Origin: Heterodontus francisci
Taxonomy: Eukaryota
NCBI RefSeq assembly: GCF_036365525.1
Contig: NC_090404.1
Coordinates: forward strand, 12,180,550-12,244,549
DNA length: 64,000 nt
Reading direction: 5' to 3'
Below, piece after piece: positions 13,052 to 24,149 of the stretch. The notes beneath the pieces were generated by a model. It did no database searches. It saw nothing but the letters and a program-made list of their open reading frames with translations, and was not told the origin of the DNA. Both the position numbers and the translations under genes were made by a program. Within the stretch, counting starts at the first letter, position 1. Each line of letters begins with the position of its first letter.

Positions 13052-13179
13052 ATTCCTCAGACCACATCTGGATTGAAGACAATGAGGAAGAGAGCAGCAG
13101 CGTCTGGACAACGGCTTCTACATTCATCATCCTGTTCTTCCTGAGCATTTTCTACAGTGCTGCCGTCACTCTGGTGAAG
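13052..13179 (+). CDS. IGHM: IgM transmembrane exon TM1
   Basis: ctgtAG acceptor; DSSDHIWIEDNEEESSSVWTTASTFIILFFLSIFYSAAVTLVK with conserved CART motif; AAG|GTGAG donor. Confidence 0.96.
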
Positions 13180-13325
13180 GTGAGAAGATTCAAACCACTC
13201 ACACTTCAATTTGACTGAAGCTGTTTAATAAATCTCTAAAACTTTCATCGATTTAAAAAAAAACTCTGAGATGAAATTCCCAGACCACGAAATCTCTGCT
13301 TCATTCTTTTATCCCTCTTTTACAG

Positions 13326-13334
13326 GTCAAGTGA
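13326..13334 (+). CDS. IGHM: IgM exon TM2 (VK-stop)
   Basis: Polypyrimidine tract + tacAG then GTC AAG TGA, giving the canonical KVK tail. Confidence 0.93.
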   Translation, partial: VK

Positions 13335-13737
13335 ATGATTGAATTTCGGCCGCCCTGGATTTTCCTCATTTTCTAACATCTCTGTATTACCAAAAAAAGA
13401 GGAAAACTGTAAAAGTAGAATACTTTCAGTTTATGGTTCCGAATCTGCAGCTGAGAAAATCATAAACATTAATTCAGTTGTTCTGTTTGAAATGTATGAG
13501 ATAATCGTGGCAATAATGTAAATGTATCTTCGACTTTCATGTGTAAATAAGTAACTATTCCTTACTCATAAGTGTTTCTTCTCTTTTCTGTTTTCTCTCT
13601 CTCATATGTTACAGTTTTACAGACAGCTGACAGCTCAGACCGCATGTGTTCTGTTCTCAATGTGATGCACAGTTGTTATATTCACTCTTCCTTTTCTTTT
13701 AAAGTCTTCTCTGTAAAATGTTCCTTTTGAAATTGCT

Positions 13738-13743
13738 AATAAA
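13738..13743 (+). terminator. Candidate polyadenylation signal of the membrane mu transcript
   Basis: AATAAA ~400 bp after the TM2 stop. Confidence 0.45.
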
Positions 13744-15304
13744 TATTGAACAACAACAAACTTGGACTTTGCTGAATCCTTTACCCCAAGGCCACCCACA
13801 CCGCTCTATATTCCCTGTTCCACGTTTTTCCCCTTTCCTGACATCTATTTTGCACCAGTCCGTCTGGTTGCGTTTAAACCCACGGCTCTTCGGTGAAAGA
13901 GCCGCTGCGCCATCCAGAGCCCCATCAGAGTAAAGACACCTTTCCCTCTGCCTCATTGTGACAACCACCAGAGGCAGAAAGACCGCACAGCGACCAGGAG
14001 CACCTCGCTGACTTCCACTATCTTATGTTCTGTCAGAGTCACCTGCCAGGTTATATTAAAGAGCAGCATTCTGCTCTATCACAGATTGATACAGTATGGC
14101 ATAACAAAGAATGCGGTCCCAACAAACTTTTCCAGGACAGGCATGGAAAAGGTTAGATGTCGGAGTAATCTCACTCTACACTGTCCCATCAAACACTCCC
14201 AGGACAAGTACAGCACCAGTTAGACACAGAAGAAAGCTCTTTCTACACTGTTTCGCAGGACAGGTATGGTACAGGTTAGATTTATTACACAGACACGTGA
14301 GGAAGAACAAACCCTGGGCCTGATTCCTCGAGACTGGTGCATATCTGACATAATAAATCATCGAGTACAAATACCGAGCATTATCCCAAGAAACTGGGGT
14401 CCATCTGACAAGCAGGAAGCACAAACCCTAAGAATGATTCCCACAGCTTGGGGCTTAGCTAAAGCAAAGGAGAAGACATGCCTTGGAAATAATGTCCAAT
14501 GCCTGAACGGTATGTGATAAACAAGGCAGCACTATTCCTGGGATGAATCCCAAAGCCTGGGGCCGATCAGACAAAGGAGAGGCAATAAATTGTGGGAATG
14601 ATTCCTGGAGTCTGACGCCTATCTGATACAGAGACTCTATCTTTGTATTTTCTGTTGTACACACAACCCATTCTCTCTCCACATGTTCTGTCTCACACAC
14701 ACATACTCCACCTTTCTGTTATGCACAGGCCGAATCTCTGCCTCCACCTTTTCTGCTTTACCCATTACCCGTGCTCCTTGCCACATGTTTCCATGATGTC
14801 TTCCCTCTCTCTCTCTGCTCCTTCCCTCTACATGCCATCTGTTTGAACTCACTGAAGATCACTCCAGGTATCCTCTCTCCCTGCTTAATTCCCTCTATTA
14901 CCATCTCACTGAAATCATTGAACATCACCCCAGGGATCTTCTCTCCCTGTTCCAATCCCTCTGTACCATCTCCCTGAGCTCACTGAACATCACTCCAGGA
15001 ATCCTCTCTCCCTGCTCCATTCTCTTTGATACCATCTCTCTGAACTCACTGATCGTTACCCAGGGATCCGCATTCTATCTCCCTTTAAAAGAAGTGGCTG
15101 TCGAGATAGTGGATGCATTGGTTGTAATCTGCCAAAATACCCTAGTTTCTGGAAAGCTCCTGGCTGATTGGAAACCCGTAAAATGTGGTGTGACAGACAG
15201 CAGGAAGCTATAGACCTTTTGGCCTAACAGCTGTCACAACTATTTAGACAGAATCTCAAGACCTTGAAGAGAGTGCAGAGGAAGTACACCAGAATAGTAG
15301 CAGG

Positions 15305-15865
15305 AGTATGGCATCAAGGAGCACGAGCAAAACTGGAGTCAATGGGAATCAGGGGAAAACTCTCCGCTGGTTGGAGTCATATCTAGCACAAAGGTGGATG
15401 GTTGTACTTGTTGGAGGTGAATCATCTCACCCCCAAGACGTCACTGCAGGAGTTCCTCAGGGTAGAGTCCTAGACCCAACCATCTTCAGCTTCAATTTCA
15501 GCAATATTCATTTTCATCTTCCCTCCATCATAAGGTCAGAAGGGGAATGTTTGCTGATGATTGCACAATGCCCAGCACTCTTCCACCTCGAAGGAGAAGC
15601 GCAGCAGATGCATGGGAACACCACCAACTTCAAGGTCCCCTCCAAGCCACACACCATCCTGACCTGGGACTATATCGTCGTTCCTTTGCTGTCGCTGGGT
15701 CAAAATTCAAGATCCCTTCCTAATAGCACTGTGGGTGCACCTACACCCCAAGGACTGCAGTGGTTCAAGAAGGCAGCTCACCACCACCTTCTCAAGGGCA
15801 ATTAGGGATGGCAATAAATGCTGACCTCGCCAGCGATGCCCACATCCCGTGAAGGAATGAATAAA
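15305..15865 (+). mobile_element. Non-LTR retrotransposon 3' fragment (shark family ending ..AAHHHLLKGN*)
   Basis: RT motif GVPQG; tail cagctcaccaccaccttctcaagggcaattagggatggcaataaatgctg..cacatcc; another tail at ~16195-16370. Confidence 0.8.
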
Positions 15866-16769
15866 GTGATAAACTTGTATGTGGGGAAACGAGAAAAACT
15901 GGGATTGCTCTCCCCATATCAGTATAGAGTAGATTGCATGTAACTGGTGTAACCCAGGACTCCGATTTAAAAGAATTGCTTAAAAAAGGACAAGGAAAAA
16001 TAAGTTTTATTTAATACATGGAGATTTGTTAAGATTTAGAATGCATTGCTTGGAAGGTTGGTGGAAGCATTTTGGAATAGTAACTTTCGAAAGGGAGTTG
16101 TTCCTTTACTTGAAAATGAAAACAATGCAGCGTAGTGTGAAAATTGTAAATGGTGAGGGATGATTTAGAGAGATCTTTCAAAGAGGCATAGGGACGCTGG
16201 ACCAAAATCTTGGAACTCCCTTCCGAACAGCACTTTGGGTGTTTCTACCCCACAAGACTGCGGCAGTTCAAGAAGGCAACTCATCACCACTTTCTTAAGG
16301 CCAATTAGGGATCGACAATAAATGCCAGCCTAGACAGCGACACCCAAATCCCATGAAGGAATTACAAAAAAAAAATGATATTCAGCTGCGAGGTCTCCTC
16401 AAGTTGAATATCACATCAGGTTAAGGGAAGGAAGAATTAACGGCCCTTCTGGAGGGCTCGGAGTGATATTTGGGAATGGGTGGCGTTGATGCTTGAACTC
16501 TTTCGCTGCCCCAATATCTCTCCCCCCTCATTCCCCACCACTATCATTTGGAGCTGTCCTGTCCTCTATGCTACATTTATCGTGAATTGCCCTCGCTGAC
16601 TCTCTCTGTCCCTTTGTCCTTTCCCCGGACTGCATAAGACTTATTGCTGCACGGCAGCTTTAAGATGCTGGACAGACCTGCCTTGGGTCACAGCCATGAA
16701 TCAGGGATCACAGGGGCTGATCGGAGGTTGGAGACGGCCGTGGCCCCCAGACTCGAAATCAATGGGGGA

Positions 16770-16940
16770 AACAGCCAATCACAGTGCGACGACACGGTGA
16801 AACCCATTTCTGTCATCCACAGCTCGGGTAACCGGCGTCTGCCGTGGTTTTGAGACGTACGCTCCACCATCTTTGCATGACGTACACTACGACAGCTTTC
16901 TGTGGCGTACGGTCGGCCATGCGTCAGTGACGTCACATAT
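16770..16940 (+). promoter_or_regulatory. CpG-rich promoter-like element with TCR-V-type decamer/CRE
   Basis: CCAAT (16776), octamer-like CTTTGCAT (16871), TGACGT half-site and AGTGACGTCA (16926-16935). Confidence 0.4.
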
Positions 16941-17089
16941 TGTTTGCCGTTTATTTAGAAGAACAACTCTTTTGAAAGGAAAACCGACTTCAGTTTCTAT
17001 CAAAATTGCTGTTCCATCTTCGTCTGTAAATGTGAAGGTTTCGTCCGCACCAGGACAGCTTTGAGGAGGGATGATATGCTAAATGAATC

Positions 17090-17560
17090 ATCAAATAAGG
17101 GTGAAGTAAAAAAGGAAATTAGAAAAGCAAAGCGAGGACATGAAAAAATTTTGGCGGGGAAATAAAGGAAAACTTGAAGACGTTTTATCAGTACATTATT
17201 AGCAAGAGGATAACTAAGGAAAGGGTAGGGCCAATCAGAGATGTACAAGGGAACATACGCTTAGATGCAGAAGATGTGGGCAAGGTTCTGAATGAGCTTT
17301 TTGTCTCTGTCTTTATAAAGGAGAGGGTTGATGCAGATATTGTAGTTAAAGAGGAGGATTGTGAAATATTAGATACGATAAGCATAATGAGAGAGGAAGT
17401 ACTGGAGGGTCTGGTATCCCTGAAAGCGGATAAATTGCCAGGGTCTGATGGATTTCATCCCAGGTTGTTAAAGGAAGCTAGGGAGGAAATAACAGATGGG
17501 CTGAGGATCATCTTCAAATCCTCACCAGATACAGGAGAGGTACCAGACTATTGGAGGCAT
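17090..17560 (+). mobile_element. CR1 LINE ORF2 fragment
   Basis: ORF 17174-17614: KERVGPIRD..LNELFVSVF..DKLPGSDGFHPRLLKE..TGEVPDYWR. Confidence 0.85.
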
Positions 17561-17659
17561 GCACAATGGCGGACCTGGCGCAGAAACGCGATGAGGTCAG
17601 CACTACATGATTAAGTCATCCTGTGCATGTGCCACTTAGTCCTGGCAAGATGTAGCTGA

Positions 17660-18601
17660 CCTCATCTCCTCTGGAGATCTTCCCTCTACAGCTTGCAACC
17701 CCATACTCCAACAACCCCGGATAGCCCGCTTCTACCTCCTTCCCAAAATCCACAAACAGGACTGTCCCGGCAGACCCATTGTGTCAGCCTGCTCCTGCCC
17801 CACTGAACTTATTTCTTCCTATCTTGACTCTATCTTTTCTCCGGTGTTCCAGTCTCTTCCCACCTACATCCGTGGCTCTTCTGATGCCCTACGTCATTTT
17901 GACAATTTTCAGTAACCTGGCCCCAACCGCCTCCTCTTCACTATGGAGGTCCAATCGCTCTACACCTCCATCCCCCACCAGGACGGTTTGAGGGCTCTCT
18001 GCTTCTTCCTTGAACAGAGGGCCAACCAGTCCCCATCCACCACCACCCTCCTCTGCCTGGCTGAACTTGTTCTCACATTGAACAACTCCTCCATCAACTC
18101 CACTCACTTCCTTCAAGTAAAAGGTGTTGCAATGGGTCCCCGCATGAATCTTAGTTATGCCTGTCTTTTTGTGGGATATGTCGACCATTCATTGTTTCAG
18201 TCCGACTCAGGCCCCCTCCCCCAACTCTTTTTCCAGTACATTGATGACAGTATGTTTGTACTTGCGGCTGTTCAATTTTCAGTCCATTAACAGCTTATCT
18301 GTACGAATGCTTTGTCTTTCAACACACCATTAACATATTGTTTGCCTTTGCTCCATGACCTTCTGGTCAGCTATTCTGTGACCTTGTCCTGTTTATACCT
18401 TCCCCTTTGTTATCTCTTGCCCCACCCCGCTTTACTTGCTTCTCACCTTTTCCATTTCTAATATTTGCGAGTTCTGAAGAAGGTCCCTGATCTGAAACGT
18501 TAACTCTGCTTCTCTCTCCACAGATGCTGCCAGACCTGCTGAGTATTTCCAGCATTTCTTGTTTTTATTTCAGATTTCCAGCATCCGCAGTATTTTGCTT
18601 T
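17660..18601 (+). mobile_element. Penelope-like retroelement: RT fragment plus pseudo-LTR (~18255-18601)
   Basis: FYLLPKIHK..PGRPIVS, (D)VQSLYTSIPH, GVAMG..SYACLF, YIDD motifs; followed by pLTR with hammerhead core. Confidence 0.85.
18470..18505 (+). ncRNA. Minimal hammerhead ribozyme motif in Penelope pLTR
   Basis: AGUU-CUGAAGA-AGGUC/ccu/GAUCU-GAAA-CGUU-AACU: conserved core boxes, stem II, stem I (AGUU/AACU), palindromic AACGUU stem III. Confidence 0.6.
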
Positions 18602-19032
18602 TCAAAGTAATTCATGACAACGCTACTTCATCGGAGAACGTGATCAGGATGCGCCGCGGTGCGCACATGCGCAGACGGTCTCATGCCCCATGCGCATGCG
18701 CTGCGGTCCGACTTACCAGTGCCGCTGTGCGCATGCGCAGACGACGCGACCCGCGCATGCGCACACATTCTCTTCATCTCTGCGCATGCGCTGCGTTCCG
18801 ACCTGCCGGTAAGGTTGTGCGCATGCGCAGATGACGTCATCGCGTTATTACGTCTTCCTCGCCGACGCGCCAGTTTGGCCTCTGCGCATGCGTCAAAGCT
18901 TCCGCGCGACTTTTTGAAAGTGGAAGGAGGGGAGGTTTCGTCGGGCATCTTATCTGAATTATTTATTCGTTTTGGAGACTTGCTTCATTTTTATTTGACA
19001 CAGGAGATTGTTCCAAGTTAAGTTGCTCTGCC

Positions 19033-19382
19033 TTTGTAAGTTGCTCTGAAAACATTTCCATTGTCTGGGCCACCGCATGTTCTCCAGTCCCTGTTGTGAG
19101 TTGCCCTGAAAACATTTCCATTGTCTGGGCCACCGCATGTTCTCCAGTCCCTGTTGTGAGTTGCTCTGAAAACATTTCCATTGTCTGGGCCACTGCATGT
19201 TCTCCAGTCCCTGTTGTAAGTTGCTCTGAAAAGATTTCCATTGTCTGGGCCACCGCATGTTCTCCAGTCCCTGTTGTGAGTTGCTCTGAAAACATTTCCA
19301 TTGGCTGGGCCACCGCATGTTCTCCAGTCCCTGTTGTGAGTTGCTCTGAAAACATTTCCATTGTCTGGGCCACCGCATGTAG
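19033..19382. repeat. 60-bp tandem repeat, ~6 copies
   Basis: Unit ttgt(g/a)agttgctctgaaaacatttccattgtctgggccaccgcatgttctccagtccctg, near-identical copies. Confidence 0.95.
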
Positions 19383-19397
19383 CAGGATGAAGGCACA

Positions 19398-20501
19398 GTG
19401 ACTGTGATTTCTGGCGCCAAACAGTACACACTGCAGATACATGATGGCCAGTCTACCTGCAGCTGCATCTTCTCCATTCAGACTTTGTTGCCCTGCAAAC
19501 ATGCTGTTGTTGTGCAGAGGCATCTGGGTCTGCCTTTGGACAGGCTCGCCCCCAATTGTCGCTGGCGTGCATCTCAGACACCAACGACGACAGGCATGGC
19601 TGCTGCCATTGTGATTACAGAGGAACAGCCAAGGCCCCTCAGCCACAATGAAAAATACCGCTTGCTTTCAGATCAATTGTACCAGCTACAACAGGCCGTT
19701 CTGCAGAGTGGAACGGCAGCATTCATGAGGAGACTGGACTGGCTGCGGCAACAGACTCTCCGCTGGCAGCAAGGACTGGCTGATGAGATGGAGCCATTTA
19801 CTATGCCCAACAATTGCCCGGAAGCACCTTCGGATGGAGGTGGCCGCGCGCTGGACATCAGTCACGTGTCACAAACCCTGGATCCTGAGCGTCTCACCCC
19901 CTGGCCTAATGATCTGATGGACCATACATATGCCTACCTGTTCAAATCTCCACTTCCCCTACCTGCGGTACCCTCTCCTTGCTGCTCAGTTACACAGTCA
20001 CCTGCTCCTACACCCATCAGGGCAGTGCACATGGACACACAGTTACCTGCTCCTACACCCATCAGGGCAGTGCACATGGACACACAGTTACCTGCTCCTA
20101 CACCCATCAGGGCAGTGCACATGGACACACAGTTACCTGCTCCTACACCCAACAGGGCAGTGCACATGGACACACAGTTACCTGCTCCTACACCCATCAG
20201 GGCAGTGCTCATGGGCACACTGTTAGCTGCTCCTACACCCATCAGGGCAGTGCTCATGGACACACAGCCACCTGTTACCCCATCCGACGTTGAAACAACC
20301 ATGCAGAGCCTTGTGAGACTCCGCAATTGCCAGTTGCTGCCTGTCAAGCAGAGAGGGCGTCCAAAGGGGTCAAGCACTTGGGGAACATTCAGCAAGAAGA
20401 GACTGAGCACTAAAAGAAACAAGCATGCCGTGTCCAGTGGTAGCAGAAATGTGAATGCTCTTGCTGTGAACACAACTGGTGATAGTAGTAGGCAGGATTA
20501 A
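19398..20501 (+). CDS. MULE/ZSWIM-like transposase C-terminal ORF with SWIM zinc finger, 15-aa repeats and AT-hook (probably a transposon relic)
   Basis: CSCIFSIQTLLPCKH (CxC-x9-CxH, 19458-19502) followed by NCRW; RGRPKG AT-hook near the C-terminus; no DDE core seen. Confidence 0.6.
   Translation: MTVISGAKQYTLQIHDGQSTCSCIFSIQTLLPCKHAVVVQRHLGLPLDRLAPNCRWRASQTPTTTGMAAAIVITEEQPRPLSHNEKYRLLSDQLYQLQQAVLQSGTAAFMRRLDWLRQQTLRWQQGLADEMEPFTMPNNCPEAPSDGGGRALDISHVSQTLDPERLTPWPNDLMDHTYAYLFKSPLPLPAVPSPCCSVTQSPAPTPIRAVHMDTQLPAPTPIRAVHMDTQLPAPTPIRAVHMDTQLPAPTPNRAVHMDTQLPAPTPIRAVLMGTLLAAPTPIRAVLMDTQPPVTPSDVETTMQSLVRLRNCQLLPVKQRGRPKGSSTWGTFSKKRLSTKRNKHAVSSGSRNVNALAVNTTGDSSRQD
20001..20275 (+). repeat. 45-bp tandem repeat, ~6 copies (PAPTPIRAVHMDTQL)
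   Basis: Unit cctgctcctacacccatcagggcagtgcacatggacacacagtta. Confidence 0.95.
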
Positions 20502-20696
20502 ATGGGAATGGATGGAAAGACGCACGAGTAACATAACCACTGGCAGGGAACTGCTGGGCTAAATGGCCAGCTTTATGCTCATAGCCCAAAAGAAATGTGC
20601 TTCTTTTCCAGCACCCTCACATCATTCATGTTTTCCCTGAGAGCAGCATTGAACCATCACGAGATAGGGGCAGTAACATCATCCTGCCTCCTACAG

Positions 20697-21141
20697 CTGA
20701 GGTGGGTACTAAGTGATTCATTGGCGGTGTTATCAGTACATGCCTTTACCGCAGAACACAAAGCATTCTCAACAGTAATTTCATTGGAGGGAGGGAAGCT
20801 CTGACACTGATGTTCTTTCCTTATTTTCTTTCATGTAAAACGTGCCCTTGAGAAAACAATCCTTGACACTTAAGGACGGCATTCAAGCAAAGGAGGCAGT
20901 GCGGGAGAGGACGCAAGGATGTGCTGATTCCTGCATCTGAGGTGGGTAATAAGTGCTTCATTGGCGACGTTACCAGTTGGTGCCTTCACTGCAGAACTTA
21001 AAAAGGTGTGCACAACAGTAATTTCAGTGGATGGAGGGAGGCAAGCTCTGACTCTGATTTGCTTTATTTCTTTTCATGTAAAACATGCCGTCGAGAAAAC
21101 AATCCTTGAGACTTAAGGTCAGCATTCAAGCAACGAAGGCA
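20697..21141 (+). repeat. ~200-bp direct duplication (20697-20898 vs 20937-21141)
   Basis: ctgaggtgggta.taagtg.ttcattggcg..acagtaatttca..gagaaaacaatccttga.acttaagg..gcattcaagcaa present twice. Confidence 0.85.
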
Positions 21142-21924
21142 ACTAGATCATGCTGCGGAGCTCATCACGATGTGGAAAGGAACATTGCATTTATGGATGA
21201 ATTGGGAATGCACATTGGGATGCGCTTGGGGAACATTCACCAAGAATAGACTGAGCTCAGACTCTTGTGACTTTGCCTTCTTCACATGGACAATACAGTA
21301 GTGGAATAGAGAGCCAAGCTTTTATTCACCACAAGGCTCTCCAGGAACAATCTCTTTAGCTGTGCATAGCAGAGACTCGGCCTGTCTGTCTAACGGGAAT
21401 GCTGGACACAACACTCATGTATCCATGCACAGCAGTTCCTCGGATACTTAATGAACTTAATAAAACTTTTCAATAATTAAACTCAGAATTGTTGAGGTTT
21501 TGTTTTGCATGCTATTTCCCCGACTTTGCAACTGCACTTCAGATATTCAACTATGGTGGGGGGCGGCGGGGGGGGGGGGGGGGGGTGGTAGAGGGAGGGG
21601 TGTTTGAAGAGGGGGAGGGGTGGGGAGTGCGGGGAGGGGTGGGGAGAGGGAGCATGCAAAATGCAGGGACCAAACATTTGCAATGCCTGAAGTACTGAGG
21701 AGAAGTAGAGAAAGCAACTGGGTAGGGGAGAAAGCAACTGGATTGGGCATCCGCAGCCGGAGGGAACGGCTGAATGGAGAGGGCCGGAAGCGAGAGGCCG
21801 TAGAGAGCCGCGGGGAGCGAGCGTGCGAAGACCTTGGTGTCACCAGGTTCAGGGACTGGCCAGTAAGTCTTTTGCTGTTGTGTTTATGGCGCATGCACAG
21901 AAAAAGGCACTCCTCTTCCGTTCC

Positions 21925-22420
21925 GCTGCTCCCCCCCACTCTCTCCCCTTCCTCCCTCTCCCCCCCAGCTCTCCCCCTCCCCCCTTCCTTACCCCTCCCT
22001 CTCCCTCTTTCACCCCCCTCCCCCTTTCACTCCCTCTTTCTCCCCCTCTCCCTCTTTCTCCCCTCTCCCTCTTTCTCCCCTCTCCCTCTTTCTCCCCCCT
22101 CCCTCTCTCTCCCCCCTCCCTCTCCCTCTTTCTCCCCCCTCCCTCTCCCTCTTTCTCCCCCTCCCCCCTTCCTGACCTCTCCCTCTTTCTCCCCCTCCCC
22201 CCTCCCTCTTTCTCCCCCTCTCCCCTCCCTCTTTCTCCCCCTCTCCCCTCCCTCTTTCTCCCCCTCCCCCTTCCTTACCTCTCCCTCTTTCTCCCCCTCT
22301 CCCCTCCCTCTTTCTCCCCCTCCCTCTTTCTCTCCCTCTTTCTCCTCCCCTCCCTCTTTCTCCCCCCCTCCCTCTCCCTCTTTCTCCCCCCCCTCCCTCT
22401 CCCTCTTTCTCCCCCCCTCC
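21925..22420. repeat. Polypyrimidine/polypurine low-complexity tract
   Basis: ~500 bp of ctccctctttctccccc-type units, almost purine-free on +. Confidence 0.95.
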
Positions 22421-22454
22421 CCGGCACCGCTACCGCTGGTCTCCCCGCGCTGCT

Positions 22455-22795
22455 CTCCCGGGCCCCCGCGCTGATCACCCCGGCCCCCGCGCTGATCTCC
22501 CCGGCACCCGCGCTGCTGTCCCCGGCCCCCGCGCTGATTTCCCCGGCCCCCGCGCTGATCTCCCCGGCCCCCGCGCTGCTCTCCGTGCCCCCCGCGCTGC
22601 TCTCCCCGGCCCCCGCGCTGATCTCCCCGGCCCCTGCGCTGATCTACCCGGCCCCTGCGCTGATCTCCCCGGCCCCTGCGCTGATCTCCCTGGCCCCTGC
22701 GCTGATCTCCCCGGCCCCCGCGCTGATCTCCCCGGCCCCCGCGCTGATCTCCACGGCCCCCGCGCTGCTCTCCCCGCCCCCCGCGCTGCTCTCCG
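22455..22795. repeat. 21-bp GC-rich tandem repeat, ~16 copies
   Basis: Unit gcccc(c/t)gcgctg(a/c)tctccccg. Confidence 0.93.
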
Positions 22796-22914
22796 CGGCA
22801 CGCTCCACTCTCTCACTCCGGCCATTGATTTATGCCACGTGTTTGTTAGGTTTCATCTCTGTGATTTTTTGAGCAGCGCCATCTTTAGTCCTGGCAGCTG
22901 CAACAGTCTTCAGG

Positions 22915-23260
22915 TTTGCACTTGCGGCTGTTCAATATTCAGTATATTCACACCTAATCTGTACTAATGCTTTGTCTTTCAACACACCATTAACATATTG
23001 TTTGCCTTTTCTCCGTGACCTTTTGGTCAGCTATGTGGCCTGGTCCAATCTGCACCTTCTCCTTGTTATCTCTTGCCCAACCCCCACCTCACTTGTTTAT
23101 AATCTGTGACTTTTCTAATATTTGTCAGTTCCGAAGAAGGGCCACTGACCCGAAACGTTAACTCTGCTTCTCTTTCCACAGATGCTGCCAGACCTGCTGA
23201 GTGAATCCAGCATTTCTTGTTTTTGTTTCAGATTTCCAGCATCTGCAGTATTTTGCTTTT
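22915..23260 (+). mobile_element. Second Penelope pseudo-LTR, direct repeat of ~18255-18601
   Basis: Shares cttgcggctgttcaat..aatgctttgtctttcaacacaccattaacatattgtttgccttt..gaaacgttaactctgcttctct..ccacagatgctgccagacctgctgagt..gcagtattttgcttt. Confidence 0.85.
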
Positions 23261-23267
23261 ATTATTA

Positions 23268-24140
23268 TGCCAAGATTACCTGTTGGCCAGGGGCTGCAAG
23301 AAGTACTGAGTCTGTTATAAACTGCTGAATAACTTGTGAACTGAAGTAACCCGAGCTCAGACACTGCTGAACAGCTTGTGAACTAAGGTTACCTGAGCTC
23401 AGACACTGGCCTGTGCTGGTAAATACCAGTTTAAACTAATTAAGTTATGTGAAAGACAAGGGAGATATCACAAGAAGGGAGCCTTATTTGGACACAGAGT
23501 GATACCAGCGTCCTTGGGCTTGGGCCAATTAGGAGAAGATACGAACGTGGTGAGCAGGCCTAAACGAACAGGAAAGAGACAGCACAGCTTGAAGAGATAG
23601 GAAAGAGAATAAGTATGGAGAATCTCGGGCATAGAGCCAGCGAGAAACTCCGGAGACCAACCATCGCGGAAGTGGAAGACCCTGCGTCAGCAATGCAGCG
23701 ACGACGTAAAAGAGAGAGAGAACGGAACGCCTGGCCAGCGTCAGCTCTCCCCTTTTCGGGTATTATCCTTTGTTTTCTGTGACTCGGTCAGGGAAGGTCA
23801 GAGGAACCTAGTGGGTGTGCGTATCGATTCCAGCTAGCTTTGTCATTAACTGTATAACCCAGTTTGAGTTGCATGCTTTTGCCCAACCAAGTGTCTAAGC
23901 TTTATTCTTACATTGTACAACAACGTGAATAAAGTAACTTGATAGGTGAAGAAAGGACTGAGTTTCTTCCTCTTTGTACTAAGCCATTAACCGTAGCCAG
24001 TGGATTAAGTGGAGGGTGGCTGTCCTGTAACCCCGATATCCCAATCACCCAGCCTGAGCCTGAATTAAGATGACCTAGTCCCACGTGACGGCCAGGATCA
24101 AGTGGACGAAGGGAATAAAGGGGCCAAGGGCTAGTTGACA
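23268..24140 (+). mobile_element. Probable solo LTR
   Basis: TG...CA termini, short internal direct repeats (gagctcagacactg x2), CCAAT, AATAAA at ~23928; abuts a truncated V fragment. Confidence 0.4.
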
Positions 24141-24149
24141 CCGCGCCAC

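Noticed and set aside
6633-13334. IgW or IgNAR identity
   Set aside because: Four C domains, a mu-type tailpiece and KVK tail, and recalled near-identity to horn-shark C-mu indicate IgM.
16780-16820. CACAGTG heptamer as an RSS
   Set aside because: No nonamer at 12 or 23 bp and no adjacent coding segment.
18963-19646. 227-aa minus-strand ORF with EHAVAQTMEMFSEQLTTGTG repeats
   Set aside because: Openness is explained by the 60-bp array and by being antisense to the SWIM ORF; no independent domain evidence.
19033-20275. CRISPR-like arrays
   Set aside because: Contiguous tandem units without unique spacers, in vertebrate DNA with no cas genes.
21620-22872. Long Pro/Leu/Ser-rich ORFs (284 and 349 aa)
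   Set aside because: They result from stop-free low-complexity and 21-bp repeats.
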